Below are positions 27,152-36,599 of a stretch of DNA of 64,000 nt, piece after piece. The position numbers and the translations under genes are program-made. The DNA comes from a virus, in IMG/VR virus record IMGVR_UViG_3300045988_141640, positions 1-64,000 of that record; one strand, written 5' to 3'. Under the pieces are notes generated by a model. The model saw only the letters and a program-made list of their open reading frames with translations. It did no database searches and was not told where the DNA came from. How positions within the stretch are numbered: the first letter of the stretch is position 1; each line of letters starts with the position of its first letter.

Positions 27152-27811
27152 TTATTTGTTATTAAATAAAAAAGCAGACAAATATCCTAGTTTGCTACAA
27201 CCTACCATTGCCATTGGGCGATGATACACGGATATTGTCTGCCTATATTTCAATATATAAGTTTCCTTACGGGCATAAAAAATCCCATTGGCATATTTAA
27301 TAGTAAGTTGTAGCACTGCAAAGGTACAACATTTTTTCAAACAAACAAATAATGAAAATATATTTTTCATTGTTATTTTCACACACATAATATCCATCTT
27401 TCGCTTGGAATTTTGCTGTTCAAGACACTTAATCTTTTCCTCCGCAATCTCTATACGTTTCTGTAGAATCTGCTGGGAGCGCATCAAGATGTAATCATCA
27501 TCCTTTAGTAGGGCTTCCCGTCTGTTGAACTCATTGATGAATCTTTCCTTAAACTCTCCGGCTTTTACCCCAGTGTAGCCCATGACAAGGAAACTAAAAC
27601 CGTCCTTTGTCATTTCATAAGCGGTCTGTTCTCGATTTCTACTATCGATGTAGGTAATAACGCCAAAATTGGCGGCATTAAAACTCGCTGAGCATGAAAG
27701 ACTTTCAATGTCTCTGACTACTTTACTATGTTCTTTCCCGAACACTTCCGCAACAAGTAACGAAGTAGTCACATCGTTGCCGTTGCTGTTTTGAAATACT
27801 AATTCTGCCAT
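27152..27811 (-). CDS. Rha-family phage regulatory protein (3' about 90 codons doubtful)
   Basis: VTTSLLVAEVFGKEHSKVVRDIESL...EMTKDGFSFLVMGYTG matches the Rha domain; start taken at MAELVF (27811). The C-terminal tail is Cys-rich and runs through a promoter box and a terminator hairpin. Confidence 0.65.
   Translation of the reverse strand: MAELVFQNSNGNDVTTSLLVAEVFGKEHSKVVRDIESLSCSASFNAANFGVITYIDSRNREQTAYEMTKDGFSFLVMGYTGVKAGEFKERFINEFNRREALLKDDDYILMRSQQILQKRIEIAEEKIKCLEQQNSKRKMDIMCVKITMKNIFSLFVCLKKCCTFAVLQLTIKYANGIFYARKETYILKYRQTISVYHRPMAMVGCSKLGYLSAFLFNNK
27168..27242 (-). terminator. strong hairpin plus U-run between the internal promoter and the antirepressor start
   Basis: GGATATTGTCTGC (27230-27242) pairs with GCAGACAAATATCC (27174-27187), giving a 13-bp stem with one bulge. 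An A6 run on the plus strand (27168-27173) gives a U-run on the minus-strand transcript. Confidence 0.5.
27319..27326 (-). promoter_or_regulatory. -7 box TACCTTTG inside the 3' part of the Rha ORF
   Basis: Reverse complement of CAAAGGTA; faces the antirepressor gene. Confidence 0.45.
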
Positions 27812-28010
27812 AATCTGTGAACATTTAAGATTATAAGAAATTATATGTGGCAACTTTATCAAAAAGAAAGCGGTTGCACTTTACGCTGTTCACAGATGGC
27901 GCATTCGCTACGAGAGCAAATACTATAATCTTACGTAAAGGCAACCGCCAATATCCAATAAGGGCATAAAAAAAACCCATGTATGCGGCTCGTGCCGCTA
28001 TTAAGTTTAG

Positions 28011-28065
28011 ACACCACAAAGTAAATAATAATTTTTGATATATAAAAACTTTGTGGTGTTTTTTT
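28011..28065. terminator. hairpin ACACCACAAAGT / ACTTTGTGGTGT with adjacent T6
   Basis: 12-bp perfect stem (28011-22 and 28048-59), immediately downstream of the minus-strand gene ending at 28066. Confidence 0.5.
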
Positions 28066-28341
28066 CTACATCAATCCAAGCACCATACCTACTGCTCCCC
28101 AAAATACATCTCTCCATTCGGGCACTCCTTGTCTAAGCCACTTATCGTAGACGATTTCTTTCCCTACAAGAATGAACAAGGTTAGTGCTATTGCTGTCCA
28201 TACGGAGAAAAACCATTGCGCCACGCTTACTACAAGTATTCCTGCAATGAGGTGTTCCATTCCGTCAACTCTCAAATTGTTAAGGAATATATAGTCTAAT
28301 GTCCTTCTTATTTTTCTTAGTAAGTTCGTAAATTTTCCCAT
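28066..28341 (-). CDS. small membrane protein, 91 aa
   Basis: Hydrophobic segments LIAGILVVSVAQWFFSVWTAIALTLFILVG and VFWGAVGMVLGLM; 3 nt downstream of the portal gene. Confidence 0.55.
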   Translation of the reverse strand: MGKFTNLLRKIRRTLDYIFLNNLRVDGMEHLIAGILVVSVAQWFFSVWTAIALTLFILVGKEIVYDKWLRQGVPEWRDVFWGAVGMVLGLM

Positions 28342-28344
28342 AGT

Positions 28345-29892
28345 TTAGCTGTTATCGTTGTTATCATTGTTTTCATTGTTTTCATTATTTTCATTATTTT
28401 CCTCTATCACCCTAGCTTCCATATCGTTTAATCTCCTGTCTTGTTCGTCCATTCTATCATCTTCGTTATTTGCTGAGAAATCGCTTTCTTCTCTTGCTGT
28501 CTGTAATGATATTATTCGGGAGTTCACAAGCTGAACGAGTGTATTGTTCCATTCAGAGAAGTCTATGTATGAGTATGGCTCTATGGTAGCGTTTATTCTT
28601 AGAGCGTTATAACCTGTTGCGTCACCTTCCATTACTCCTACATAGTATTTGAATATATTGGCCATGTCATTTATGGCTGTATTCATCATTTGTGCATCAC
28701 TTCTCGCCCATTCCATTTCCGGCTCATAATACATTGCCGTTGTTCCAGTAGGTCTGTCACCTGACGATGATTGCATTGGCGGAACGACACCGCTTCCGTC
28801 AAGTATTCCGTTGTATATGTTGTCTATTTCGGTGAATAGTGAATTTGAAGCGTCCATTTTACCCATGAACTGTGCATCATCTTCTGCTCCTACACGTAAA
28901 ATGGAAGTTCCTCCCAATCCGTTTCTTTGAATGTTTATTCTTCCGTTTGTCTTGATAAGTAGCATTTGGAATGCCTGTCGTGTGTTGTATTCTCCTATCA
29001 TGGACATTAAGAACTCGAAATCGTCTATCAAGTCCTGTACTGCCCCCCAAAATGGAAGTTCAAGACGTAGATATACTACAGGTATAAATCCCAGGTTATG
29101 GAATTGATGCAGTTGTATGATATTTCCGTTTTCGTCAATATCCGTTGCTATATCTCCGTTGGAATCAAGCGTGTAAAACTCATCTTTAGTCCATACATCG
29201 ACAAGTGTGTCTGTATGTTCTTCTCCGTCAGCCGATATGTATGTGGTTGTATATTCCCTTGCGAAAGCTATTCTTTCCCCTCTTCTGTTTTTATGTTCAT
29301 ACAGTATATCTCCTTTTGAGTAGCTGAAAGACCTGTATTTTATCTCGTCCTTATCCTTATATATATATATGGCAGCATCCCCTACCTTTCCGGCTTCGCT
29401 TATAAGTTCAAACTTGGCTGTTTCCATGAGAGAATCAGTCCAGTATTCCTTGTATGTTGTCAGCTTATCCCTGTTCTGCTGGTTTGACGCGCTTTTCTTT
29501 ATCTGGAATTTAAGAGGATTGGTACATAGGTGTGATACCCTTTTCTTGTGTATCATCCTTTGAAGAGGAAATGCTCGTCTTTGCAGTACATAGGGAGTTG
29601 ATGCCAATTTCTTTTTTCTTTTCTGAGCACCTACATTCGCGCTTTCATCATCCGATGATGTGGCATCCTCGTCTGACGGGATACTGTCTTTCCAGTCGGG
29701 TCTGTTGTGTATATAATGCCCTGATGTATCCCATTGCGCTAGGAAATCATCTTGTGACATATATTTGTATATCAAAGTGGAGCGTCTTGGTTTTTTCTTT
29801 GTTCCTCCACCTCTTCCATCGTCACATCTTGACGGAAGTGCCACTTTGAACGGTTCTTTTCGTAATAAAACGTCTAATTTTAAAATTTCCAT
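28345..29892 (-). CDS. putative portal protein, 515 aa
   Basis: Size and position 6 nt downstream of TerL; C-terminal Asn/Glu/Asp repeat tail. Confidence 0.55.
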   Translation of the reverse strand: MEILKLDVLLRKEPFKVALPSRCDDGRGGGTKKKPRRSTLIYKYMSQDDFLAQWDTSGHYIHNRPDWKDSIPSDEDATSSDDESANVGAQKRKKKLASTPYVLQRRAFPLQRMIHKKRVSHLCTNPLKFQIKKSASNQQNRDKLTTYKEYWTDSLMETAKFELISEAGKVGDAAIYIYKDKDEIKYRSFSYSKGDILYEHKNRRGERIAFAREYTTTYISADGEEHTDTLVDVWTKDEFYTLDSNGDIATDIDENGNIIQLHQFHNLGFIPVVYLRLELPFWGAVQDLIDDFEFLMSMIGEYNTRQAFQMLLIKTNGRINIQRNGLGGTSILRVGAEDDAQFMGKMDASNSLFTEIDNIYNGILDGSGVVPPMQSSSGDRPTGTTAMYYEPEMEWARSDAQMMNTAINDMANIFKYYVGVMEGDATGYNALRINATIEPYSYIDFSEWNNTLVQLVNSRIISLQTAREESDFSANNEDDRMDEQDRRLNDMEARVIEENNENNENNENNDNNDNS

Positions 29893-29898
29893 AGGTAA

Positions 29899-31614
29899 TT
29901 ATAAATATTTTAATTCATCCATTATATCGTTAGGTATGTCAATCATTACATCGCATATATCAAAATATGTCCTGTATAAAAATGTTCCTTCTATCAAGTC
30001 GGGTGAGCATCCTACAATCTTTTTTGCTTCCTGCTTTTTCAGAAGTCTTAGTTTCCCGTTTTCCCTTTCCACGTCACGTCTTATTGCTCTTCTCTGGTCC
30101 ATCAACGCTTCCCGTATTGTTTTGTTTACATACGGTTTGTCGAGAAGTTCCGGGTTTATGCTGAATCCGCAATATCCTAAGTTTGTTCCTTTTATACGTG
30201 TTACCATTTCATCTGCAAGCTGTGCCCTTAGATCGAAATAGAATCTTACAGGTTGATCATCCTTGCTTTTGTCTAGTCTTTTCGGAACACCTCTAAGTAT
30301 TGCCAGGCTTTCGGGAAATGCGTCACGGAATGTCGGTGCTCCAAGACCGTCAAATGCCAGTCTGTTTTCACCGATTCCCCATTTCCGTAGATTGTTTCTT
30401 ACCCATCGGTTCAAATCCCTAGGCTTTAATGTGTTTGACCATTCTAGGTCTTGTAAGTGATGTCCTATGAAGTGCCCCATTACACAAACGTCACCAAGAC
30501 CGTATGCTATATCCAGTGTAGCACATTCAAAGTAATCGTCAAACACAGGCTGAGATGAGAACATTTCCTCCATTTCGTCACGGGTTATCCACTCGTTTCC
30601 CCCTTTTATCAGCTTCCATGAACCTAATGCGTTTATGGATACTTCCTGTGCTGTTCCTCCAAGGTTTTTCTGATAGTCTGGATTGGAAGCCATAAGTATC
30701 TTGTTATCTTCCAGCCCGGAAGCTATAAAGGTTATGCTCTTGATGTATCTTTTACAGTTTGTTTCGTCAATTTTGGTATTTTTACCGAATCTTGCGATGA
30801 TATAATCTTTTGCCTGAGCAAATACTTCTTGTGGGCTGTCACCCCATGCTGTTTCATGTATAGTATCTCCATATTGAAAGAAATATCTTACCTTTCCCGA
30901 TCTTTCTGGAATTGCTATTCCGTCATCGTCCACCCACCATGATACCAGTGCTCTCCAGAAATCGCTGTACGGGTTTGGATTGCACGCGCCTATAAGGCTT
31001 GTTCTTAGTCCTGATGATGAACGCAATACCGTTTGAAGGTAGTTTATGATAGGTTCTGTTGCCTGTGAGCACTCGTCTATCGCTACTTTGACAACGTTAC
31101 CACCTTGTTGTCTGTCCTTAAATTCGTTTACGCCTTTTTCTCCCGACAAGCAGGCATCACCGAAATAATCATATCGTATTTCACCTCCTGCGTCAAGTCT
31201 TGAAAGGCGTTTTGAATCAATATACTCACCATAAGGTTCAACCATCTTTGAAACCACTTTAAGAATACCGTCCGCTTTTTCTGCGGATGTCTTGTCCTTA
31301 CGGAAAACAAGTGCGGAAAATGACGGGTGGTTGCATGAACTCAGTATATCCATTCCAAGGCATACGGATTTTCCTCCCCCACGATTTCCGTGCAGTATCT
31401 TTATCCCTGCCCTGTTCCTTAGAAATGCCTCCTGTGAACCTTTCTGTGGGGCAAGCATATTTACCTTGTACCCCTTGCTTCTTCTGTCCTCTATATATCT
31501 TTGGACGAAATCAAGGCTTTTATATGGTATAATTCCTCTTTTGCCATATCGTTTCAGCGATTTGACAACATCCTTAGTCTTTAATCCTCGGTATTTTAAG
31601 TCAATTTCTTCCAT
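29899..31614 (-). CDS. terL: terminase large subunit
   Basis: Walker A in HGNRGGGKSVCLG; size and C-terminal nuclease-like half. Start moved to MEEIDLKY (31614), 18 nt downstream of the -7 box at 31633-31640. Confidence 0.8.
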   Translation of the reverse strand: MEEIDLKYRGLKTKDVVKSLKRYGKRGIIPYKSLDFVQRYIEDRRSKGYKVNMLAPQKGSQEAFLRNRAGIKILHGNRGGGKSVCLGMDILSSCNHPSFSALVFRKDKTSAEKADGILKVVSKMVEPYGEYIDSKRLSRLDAGGEIRYDYFGDACLSGEKGVNEFKDRQQGGNVVKVAIDECSQATEPIINYLQTVLRSSSGLRTSLIGACNPNPYSDFWRALVSWWVDDDGIAIPERSGKVRYFFQYGDTIHETAWGDSPQEVFAQAKDYIIARFGKNTKIDETNCKRYIKSITFIASGLEDNKILMASNPDYQKNLGGTAQEVSINALGSWKLIKGGNEWITRDEMEEMFSSQPVFDDYFECATLDIAYGLGDVCVMGHFIGHHLQDLEWSNTLKPRDLNRWVRNNLRKWGIGENRLAFDGLGAPTFRDAFPESLAILRGVPKRLDKSKDDQPVRFYFDLRAQLADEMVTRIKGTNLGYCGFSINPELLDKPYVNKTIREALMDQRRAIRRDVERENGKLRLLKKQEAKKIVGCSPDLIEGTFLYRTYFDICDVMIDIPNDIMDELKYL

Positions 31615-31632
31615 CTTTCTGTATGTATTTTG

Positions 31633-31690
31633 CAAATATAATGTTTTTTTAAATATTTTTTTGCTTATACACATTTTTTAACTACATTTG
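31633..31690. promoter_or_regulatory. divergent -7 boxes (minus TATATTTG 31633-31640; plus TACATTTG 31683-31690)
   Basis: Exact TAnnTTTG matches between divergent terL and the scaffold-like gene. Confidence 0.5.
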
Positions 31691-31758
31691 CATCGGTAAG
31701 AGGTACTTACTGTGCGCAAAGGTCTTGTGCATGAATCACATAAAAAAATAAATAGTAT

Positions 31759-32526
31759 ATGGATGAAAATGTAAAAGTCATTTTTGAAGGTATCAAGAAT
31801 GCGTTGGGAGAAAGTAGCTCCGTTATTACAGATCGTACAATCGAACAGACAATTAATGAGTTCTCAGCGTTCGCACCGCAGGAAAATGCGGAAAAGTTCT
31901 GGAATGAAAGTGTTGTGAATCATTTAAAGAATACTGTGGCAGGTCAGGTAAGAGCGTTTGCGTCTGATAAGCGCAAAGAGTGGGATACAATCAAGGAACA
32001 GGAAATATCCAACTTGAAAAAGGAATGGGAAAAATCACATCCTGCACCACAACCGACACCAGCACCGCAACCACAACCTACACCGACACCAGCACCCGAA
32101 CCGAAACCGTTTGAGTTGCCCGATGATGTTAAGGCTAAACTTGAAGAGTTTGAAAAGTTCAAGAAAGAGTTTGAAGCTAAAGAGCAGGAGGAAAAGCAGA
32201 AGCAGATTGTAACTGAAAAGCGCAAGAAGCTGTCTGATTTGATTAAACGCCCGGAAGCGGGTATGCCTAACGAGTTGTTGCGCAACATCATTTTTGAGAA
32301 CATTCAGATTTCGCCCGAAGAGGAAGATACAAGCATTCTTCTGAAAATACAGGGAAAGTACAATGAAACATGTACTAAATACACAAAGGATGGCATTAAT
32401 CCTTTCATCTCTGACAAGGGTGGTTCTAGCGATGTAAAGTCATTCATAGATAGAAAGAGAGAAGAAGATAAGGCTAACAAGGAAAACAACATTGTCAGCC
32501 GATATTACAGTAAAATTAACAAATAG
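31759..32526 (+). CDS. putative scaffolding protein
   Basis: Highly charged coiled-coil composition with a PAPQPTPAPQPQPTPTPAPEPKP linker; lies upstream of the capsid genes. Confidence 0.4.
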   Translation: MDENVKVIFEGIKNALGESSSVITDRTIEQTINEFSAFAPQENAEKFWNESVVNHLKNTVAGQVRAFASDKRKEWDTIKEQEISNLKKEWEKSHPAPQPTPAPQPQPTPTPAPEPKPFELPDDVKAKLEEFEKFKKEFEAKEQEEKQKQIVTEKRKKLSDLIKRPEAGMPNELLRNIIFENIQISPEEEDTSILLKIQGKYNETCTKYTKDGINPFISDKGGSSDVKSFIDRKREEDKANKENNIVSRYYSKINK

Positions 32527-32537
32527 TTTTTTTAATT

Positions 32538-33197
32538 ATGAAAGCAGGAGTTCTTGCAACAAGTTATAGTAAGATTGGTGGCGCAAGACATATCTTTTCT
32601 AATGATACGTCTTTGCACGTACTGTTGGTAGGATGTAACGTTCCAGTAGAACGTATGCCTACAGTTGGGAACAAACTTCCGGCTGGCACTATGATTAAAT
32701 GTGATTCCTCAAAGCAGAATGGCGGTGACATTCACTATTCATTCAGAATGTACGAGAAATCGGATTCTAGTGCTACGGTAAAAGTTGAAAAAATCATGGG
32801 TAATACAGTTGCCAAGGTTGGCATGGTTGTCGGTAAAGCACCTACTACTGCCTCAGGTACTACAACTGGCTTTACCATTAACGCTATTGATTCGTCTCAT
32901 GACGAATATGACATCCTTACATTGTCCGAGGATGCAGGTAAATTGGAATTGACCGATATTTTGGTTGAAGTTACACAGGTTGGTACTAGCGCAAAATTCA
33001 AGGTTATTCCTAATGCTATCCTGCCTTATGATGTTGACACCATTCCAGGTGCCACTCTCTATCCTTTCAACGGTGCATGGATGGTGACAAGTGAGATTTT
33101 GGAAAAACGCATTCCGCCCGTAGCTTCGGCAATCAAAAAGGCGATGAAGGATGATGAATCATATCCTTGCGTTTTCCGTTACACATTGTATAACTAA
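32538..33197 (+). CDS. putative auxiliary/decoration capsid protein, 219 aa
   Basis: Position immediately upstream of the putative major capsid gene; beta-rich composition. Confidence 0.35.
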   Translation: MKAGVLATSYSKIGGARHIFSNDTSLHVLLVGCNVPVERMPTVGNKLPAGTMIKCDSSKQNGGDIHYSFRMYEKSDSSATVKVEKIMGNTVAKVGMVVGKAPTTASGTTTGFTINAIDSSHDEYDILTLSEDAGKLELTDILVEVTQVGTSAKFKVIPNAILPYDVDTIPGATLYPFNGAWMVTSEILEKRIPPVASAIKKAMKDDESYPCVFRYTLYN

Positions 33198-33214
33198 TTA
33201 AATTTTTTCGTTTT

Positions 33215-34342
33215 ATGCAAAGATCGACATTTAGTTTCTATGATTGGCATTTTTCCGGGGAGATGCAGGAACTTATGGATTATGCCAATCAGAAATTTGA
33301 TAACGAAAACTGGAGAAGCTACGGAGATTGGGATGTTCCTCAGATGAGCAAATCATGGAACGTGATGGTTGACGAATACACACAGGCTACCCGTCCTGTA
33401 ATGCTGGCTCCTTTGGCTGAAAAGCCTATCATGGATACTACGGGATTTGAATGGTATTCTGGCCGTATTCCGAAGATGGGTCACGCCATTCAGTTTATGG
33501 AAACCGATATTCAGGAGTTCTATGAACTTGACATTCCGCAAGGCGCATTGCTTGACAAGATCCGTGAGAAATGGTACACAAAGATGGAAGCGTGTATCCA
33601 AGGTTTCCATACCGAGTTGAACTGCATGACTTATCAGGCTCTTTCTACAGGTATGCTTAACTATACAGCTAGTGGTACCAACTCAATCCCTGTTCAGATT
33701 GACTATCGTGTTCCTGCAAAACACAAGTTGAAAGCGTTGAAGCAGAAATGGTTTAACGATACAGACTGGACACCGAACGAGAATGCAGATCCTATTAAAG
33801 ACCTTCAAAGAATGTGTAAGATTGCCGACAATGACGGTGTACCATACGACCACTTTGAAATGTCCAAGGATTTGTATGACAACTTCCTGATGCACCCGAA
33901 AGTGACAGCAGCAGTACAGGCTCGTCTTGTTCCTGCCGCAGCATCTACTACAATCTATCCTATGAACAATCAGGAGATTGTTGATGTGCTGATGAAGGTG
34001 TTCTCTATTCCTGTGATTATTCCTGTTGATGAAAAATCAAAATGGAACAAACTTGGTGTGATTGAGGAAGCCAAACCGTCTTTTGAAAAGAACACCGTTG
34101 TTCTTGTTCAGAGCGGTCAGTTCTTCCGTATCAAGAACTCACCGTCAATGTATTTGCAGGATACCAACCCGGCTGTACGTATTTCTTCTTTGGAAGGCGG
34201 ACGTATCGCGTTCTTGCATCAGTATTCTTCCGAACCGTATGCGGAGAAGAGTTCAGGTGAGTTGTGGGCATGTCCTGTGATGAAGAATCCGAACAACCTT
34301 ATCATTATGAAGGTTGACGAACAGTCAAATACGGGATTGTAA
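33215..34342 (+). CDS. putative major capsid protein, 375 aa
   Basis: Size and position after the scaffold/decoration-like genes; no diagnostic motif. Confidence 0.5.
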   Translation: MQRSTFSFYDWHFSGEMQELMDYANQKFDNENWRSYGDWDVPQMSKSWNVMVDEYTQATRPVMLAPLAEKPIMDTTGFEWYSGRIPKMGHAIQFMETDIQEFYELDIPQGALLDKIREKWYTKMEACIQGFHTELNCMTYQALSTGMLNYTASGTNSIPVQIDYRVPAKHKLKALKQKWFNDTDWTPNENADPIKDLQRMCKIADNDGVPYDHFEMSKDLYDNFLMHPKVTAAVQARLVPAAASTTIYPMNNQEIVDVLMKVFSIPVIIPVDEKSKWNKLGVIEEAKPSFEKNTVVLVQSGQFFRIKNSPSMYLQDTNPAVRISSLEGGRIAFLHQYSSEPYAEKSSGELWACPVMKNPNNLIIMKVDEQSNTGL

Positions 34343-34353
34343 AAAGTTGAACC

Positions 34354-34950
34354 ATGAAGGTCATTATTGATATAAATGGCGAAGGCACAGCAAAGGGCGC
34401 AGGGGAGTATTTCATTGGAGATACTCTCACGCTCCAAGCTATTCCCGAAGAAAGTGTAGAGTTCGGATACTGGCTTATTGCCGACAATGAAACATTAAAG
34501 CCGGAGGATAGAATGAAAGTTTCGGATAATCCGTTCACTATTCAAGTTACCCCTCAGATAACAGCAAAGGGTAACATGAAGGTGGAAGCATATTTCTATA
34601 TGTCTATGCGTGAATATCTGAAAGCACAGATTGACTATGAGTTGAAAAACACATCGTATATCAGTGTTGCCCAGAAATGGGGATTCCGTTTGTCTGATGA
34701 CAGCCGTGAAACGTCTGAGATGAAGAAGGATTTGGCTTATGCTGACTTGTTGCTCATTGTTTGCACTGCCCCTTCAACGATACAGGGAAAGACGAAGAAA
34801 GCCGGGAACTGGTCAATTACCGACACAAGCAAGACTATTTCTATCAATGACAAGAAAAGATTGGAACAACGCGCAAAGGATTTATACGCCAAATGGGGTT
34901 TGAATTTGGATGTTGGAACTGATGTTGAAATAACTAGATTAAGATGGTAG
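34354..34950 (+). CDS. hypothetical structural-module protein, 198 aa
   Basis: ORF track; synteny (head-tail connector region). Confidence 0.45.
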   Translation: MKVIIDINGEGTAKGAGEYFIGDTLTLQAIPEESVEFGYWLIADNETLKPEDRMKVSDNPFTIQVTPQITAKGNMKVEAYFYMSMREYLKAQIDYELKNTSYISVAQKWGFRLSDDSRETSEMKKDLAYADLLLIVCTAPSTIQGKTKKAGNWSITDTSKTISINDKKRLEQRAKDLYAKWGLNLDVGTDVEITRLRW

Positions 34951-34951
34951 T

Positions 34952-35305
34952 ATGGGAAAGAGTATTTTAGGTGAGGATATGTTTCCTGATATGGTGAGAA
35001 TTTATCAGAACAAGAACAGTTCGGATAAATATCATACCACCCCGTATTGGGAGATGATATACGAAGGAAGGGCAAACATACAGGAAAAGGATACTGGTTC
35101 GGAAACGAATGATGTTGATAAATCCGAATATGCCGCCTACCTAGAAGATAACGATGTAACCATACCTTCCGGGTGTCTGTTGGATTGGCAGAATTTCAAC
35201 CATCCGTTTTCGGACAACAGCAATAGTTGGCGTGAGATAAAGAAACCTCCATTTAACAATATGGAATTTGGTACGGTGATATACTTTAACCAAATAGAAA
35301 ACTAG
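34952..35305 (+). CDS. hypothetical head-tail connector-region protein, 117 aa
   Basis: ORF track; tight packing. Confidence 0.45.
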   Translation: MGKSILGEDMFPDMVRIYQNKNSSDKYHTTPYWEMIYEGRANIQEKDTGSETNDVDKSEYAAYLEDNDVTIPSGCLLDWQNFNHPFSDNSNSWREIKKPPFNNMEFGTVIYFNQIEN

Positions 35306-35311
35306 AATACT

Positions 35312-35686
35312 ATGACAATCAATTGGACGGAAATAATACTTGCTTTGTTGGGTACAAATGGCATAACCCTTCTAACTTCAATATTACTGTTTAAGCAGAA
35401 GAAGGAAAAGATGGAAACTGAAATTGATTCTTCTACCTTGGACAATCTTGAAAAAGGGTTTGCTATTCAGGGTGCTCAGTTGAAAAAGGCACAGGAAGAA
35501 ATATTGAGTTATCAGCAATCTCTTCATGATGCTTATCAGAAGATACAGGAGCTTTATAATGAGATGAACAAAATCAAAAACGAGTTGAAATGCGCAAAAG
35601 ATGATCGAGATTCATTAAAAAAGCAGATTGATAAACTGAGTAAACCAGTAACAAGAAAGACAAGTACAAAAAATGCAGGCAAATAA
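35312..35686 (+). CDS. N-terminal transmembrane plus coiled-coil protein, 124 aa
   Basis: TM segment IILALLGTNGITLLTSILLF followed by a Gln/Lys/Glu-rich coiled coil. Confidence 0.5.
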   Translation: MTINWTEIILALLGTNGITLLTSILLFKQKKEKMETEIDSSTLDNLEKGFAIQGAQLKKAQEEILSYQQSLHDAYQKIQELYNEMNKIKNELKCAKDDRDSLKKQIDKLSKPVTRKTSTKNAGK

Positions 35687-36176
35687 CAACGATAAAGTAT
35701 TGAAAGAGTTTGGTAGTAATGTCCAGCTTGCTTTGGATGCTTCTATCATGCAGTTCATGGAAGATATCGCCACGAATATCATGGATGATATAAAAGACAT
35801 AGAGGGATTTACCAATCAGACTTTCAATCTTGAAGATAGTTATGGCTGTGGCATTTATAAAGATGGGGTCCTAAAGAAGATTGTGTGGGCAAATGCAACG
35901 AAAGTTGCAAATGAACCTAGGAAACGTAACAATGTAGAATATTGGGGGCGTGAACTTGCCGAAGATTTCTTCAACAGTTACAAGTCTGATAGGTCCGGAA
36001 GATACGAACTAGTTGTAGCTGCTGTCATGTTTTATGGGAAGTATTTGGAGAATTACCATTTATTGAATGTTCTTACAGATTCTTGGCTTAAAACAAAAAC
36101 AGATTTAAACGGAGGTAAATATACTGTAGTTTTTAAAAAAATTGCAGCTAATATGTTGAACAAATATTTTAAGTGA
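35673..36176 (+). CDS. hypothetical structural-module protein, 167 aa
   Basis: ORF track; overlaps the upstream gene by 14 nt. Confidence 0.45.
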   Translation: MQANNNDKVLKEFGSNVQLALDASIMQFMEDIATNIMDDIKDIEGFTNQTFNLEDSYGCGIYKDGVLKKIVWANATKVANEPRKRNNVEYWGRELAEDFFNSYKSDRSGRYELVVAAVMFYGKYLENYHLLNVLTDSWLKTKTDLNGGKYTVVFKKIAANMLNKYFK

Positions 36177-36181
36177 GGTAA

Positions 36182-36595
36182 ATGGGGTACTTTAATCCTT
36201 CAACGATAAATACAACCTTGTACAATATTGTATTGGACGAGAATATTGCTGATGATGTATATAAAGTACAGCGTCCTGCAAATGTTGATGATAAGGTAAC
36301 GAGTTTTATTGTCGTAAACAATAATACTAGGATTGTAAGCAACACTGAAAATGGTCCTTATGGACATTTTGGGAAGGGCGAAACAATGGCTACGGTTACT
36401 TTGTTTGTTAGAGCATTACCAGGTAATATTTATCCGTCAATTATGGATGCGTTAAGTGAGAAGATTGTGAACTTATTTCCTCAAAAGGCTGTGCAGCTTC
36501 ATTTTAAAATATTTAATGTTTTACCACCAATGTTTGATGGTGTCGGATTTTATTATACATCCGTTCTGTTAAACGTTGATATTTATAAAGATTAG
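36182..36595 (+). CDS. hypothetical structural-module protein, 137 aa
   Basis: ORF track; synteny. Confidence 0.45.
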   Translation: MGYFNPSTINTTLYNIVLDENIADDVYKVQRPANVDDKVTSFIVVNNNTRIVSNTENGPYGHFGKGETMATVTLFVRALPGNIYPSIMDALSEKIVNLFPQKAVQLHFKIFNVLPPMFDGVGFYYTSVLLNVDIYKD

Positions 36596-36599
36596 CCGC

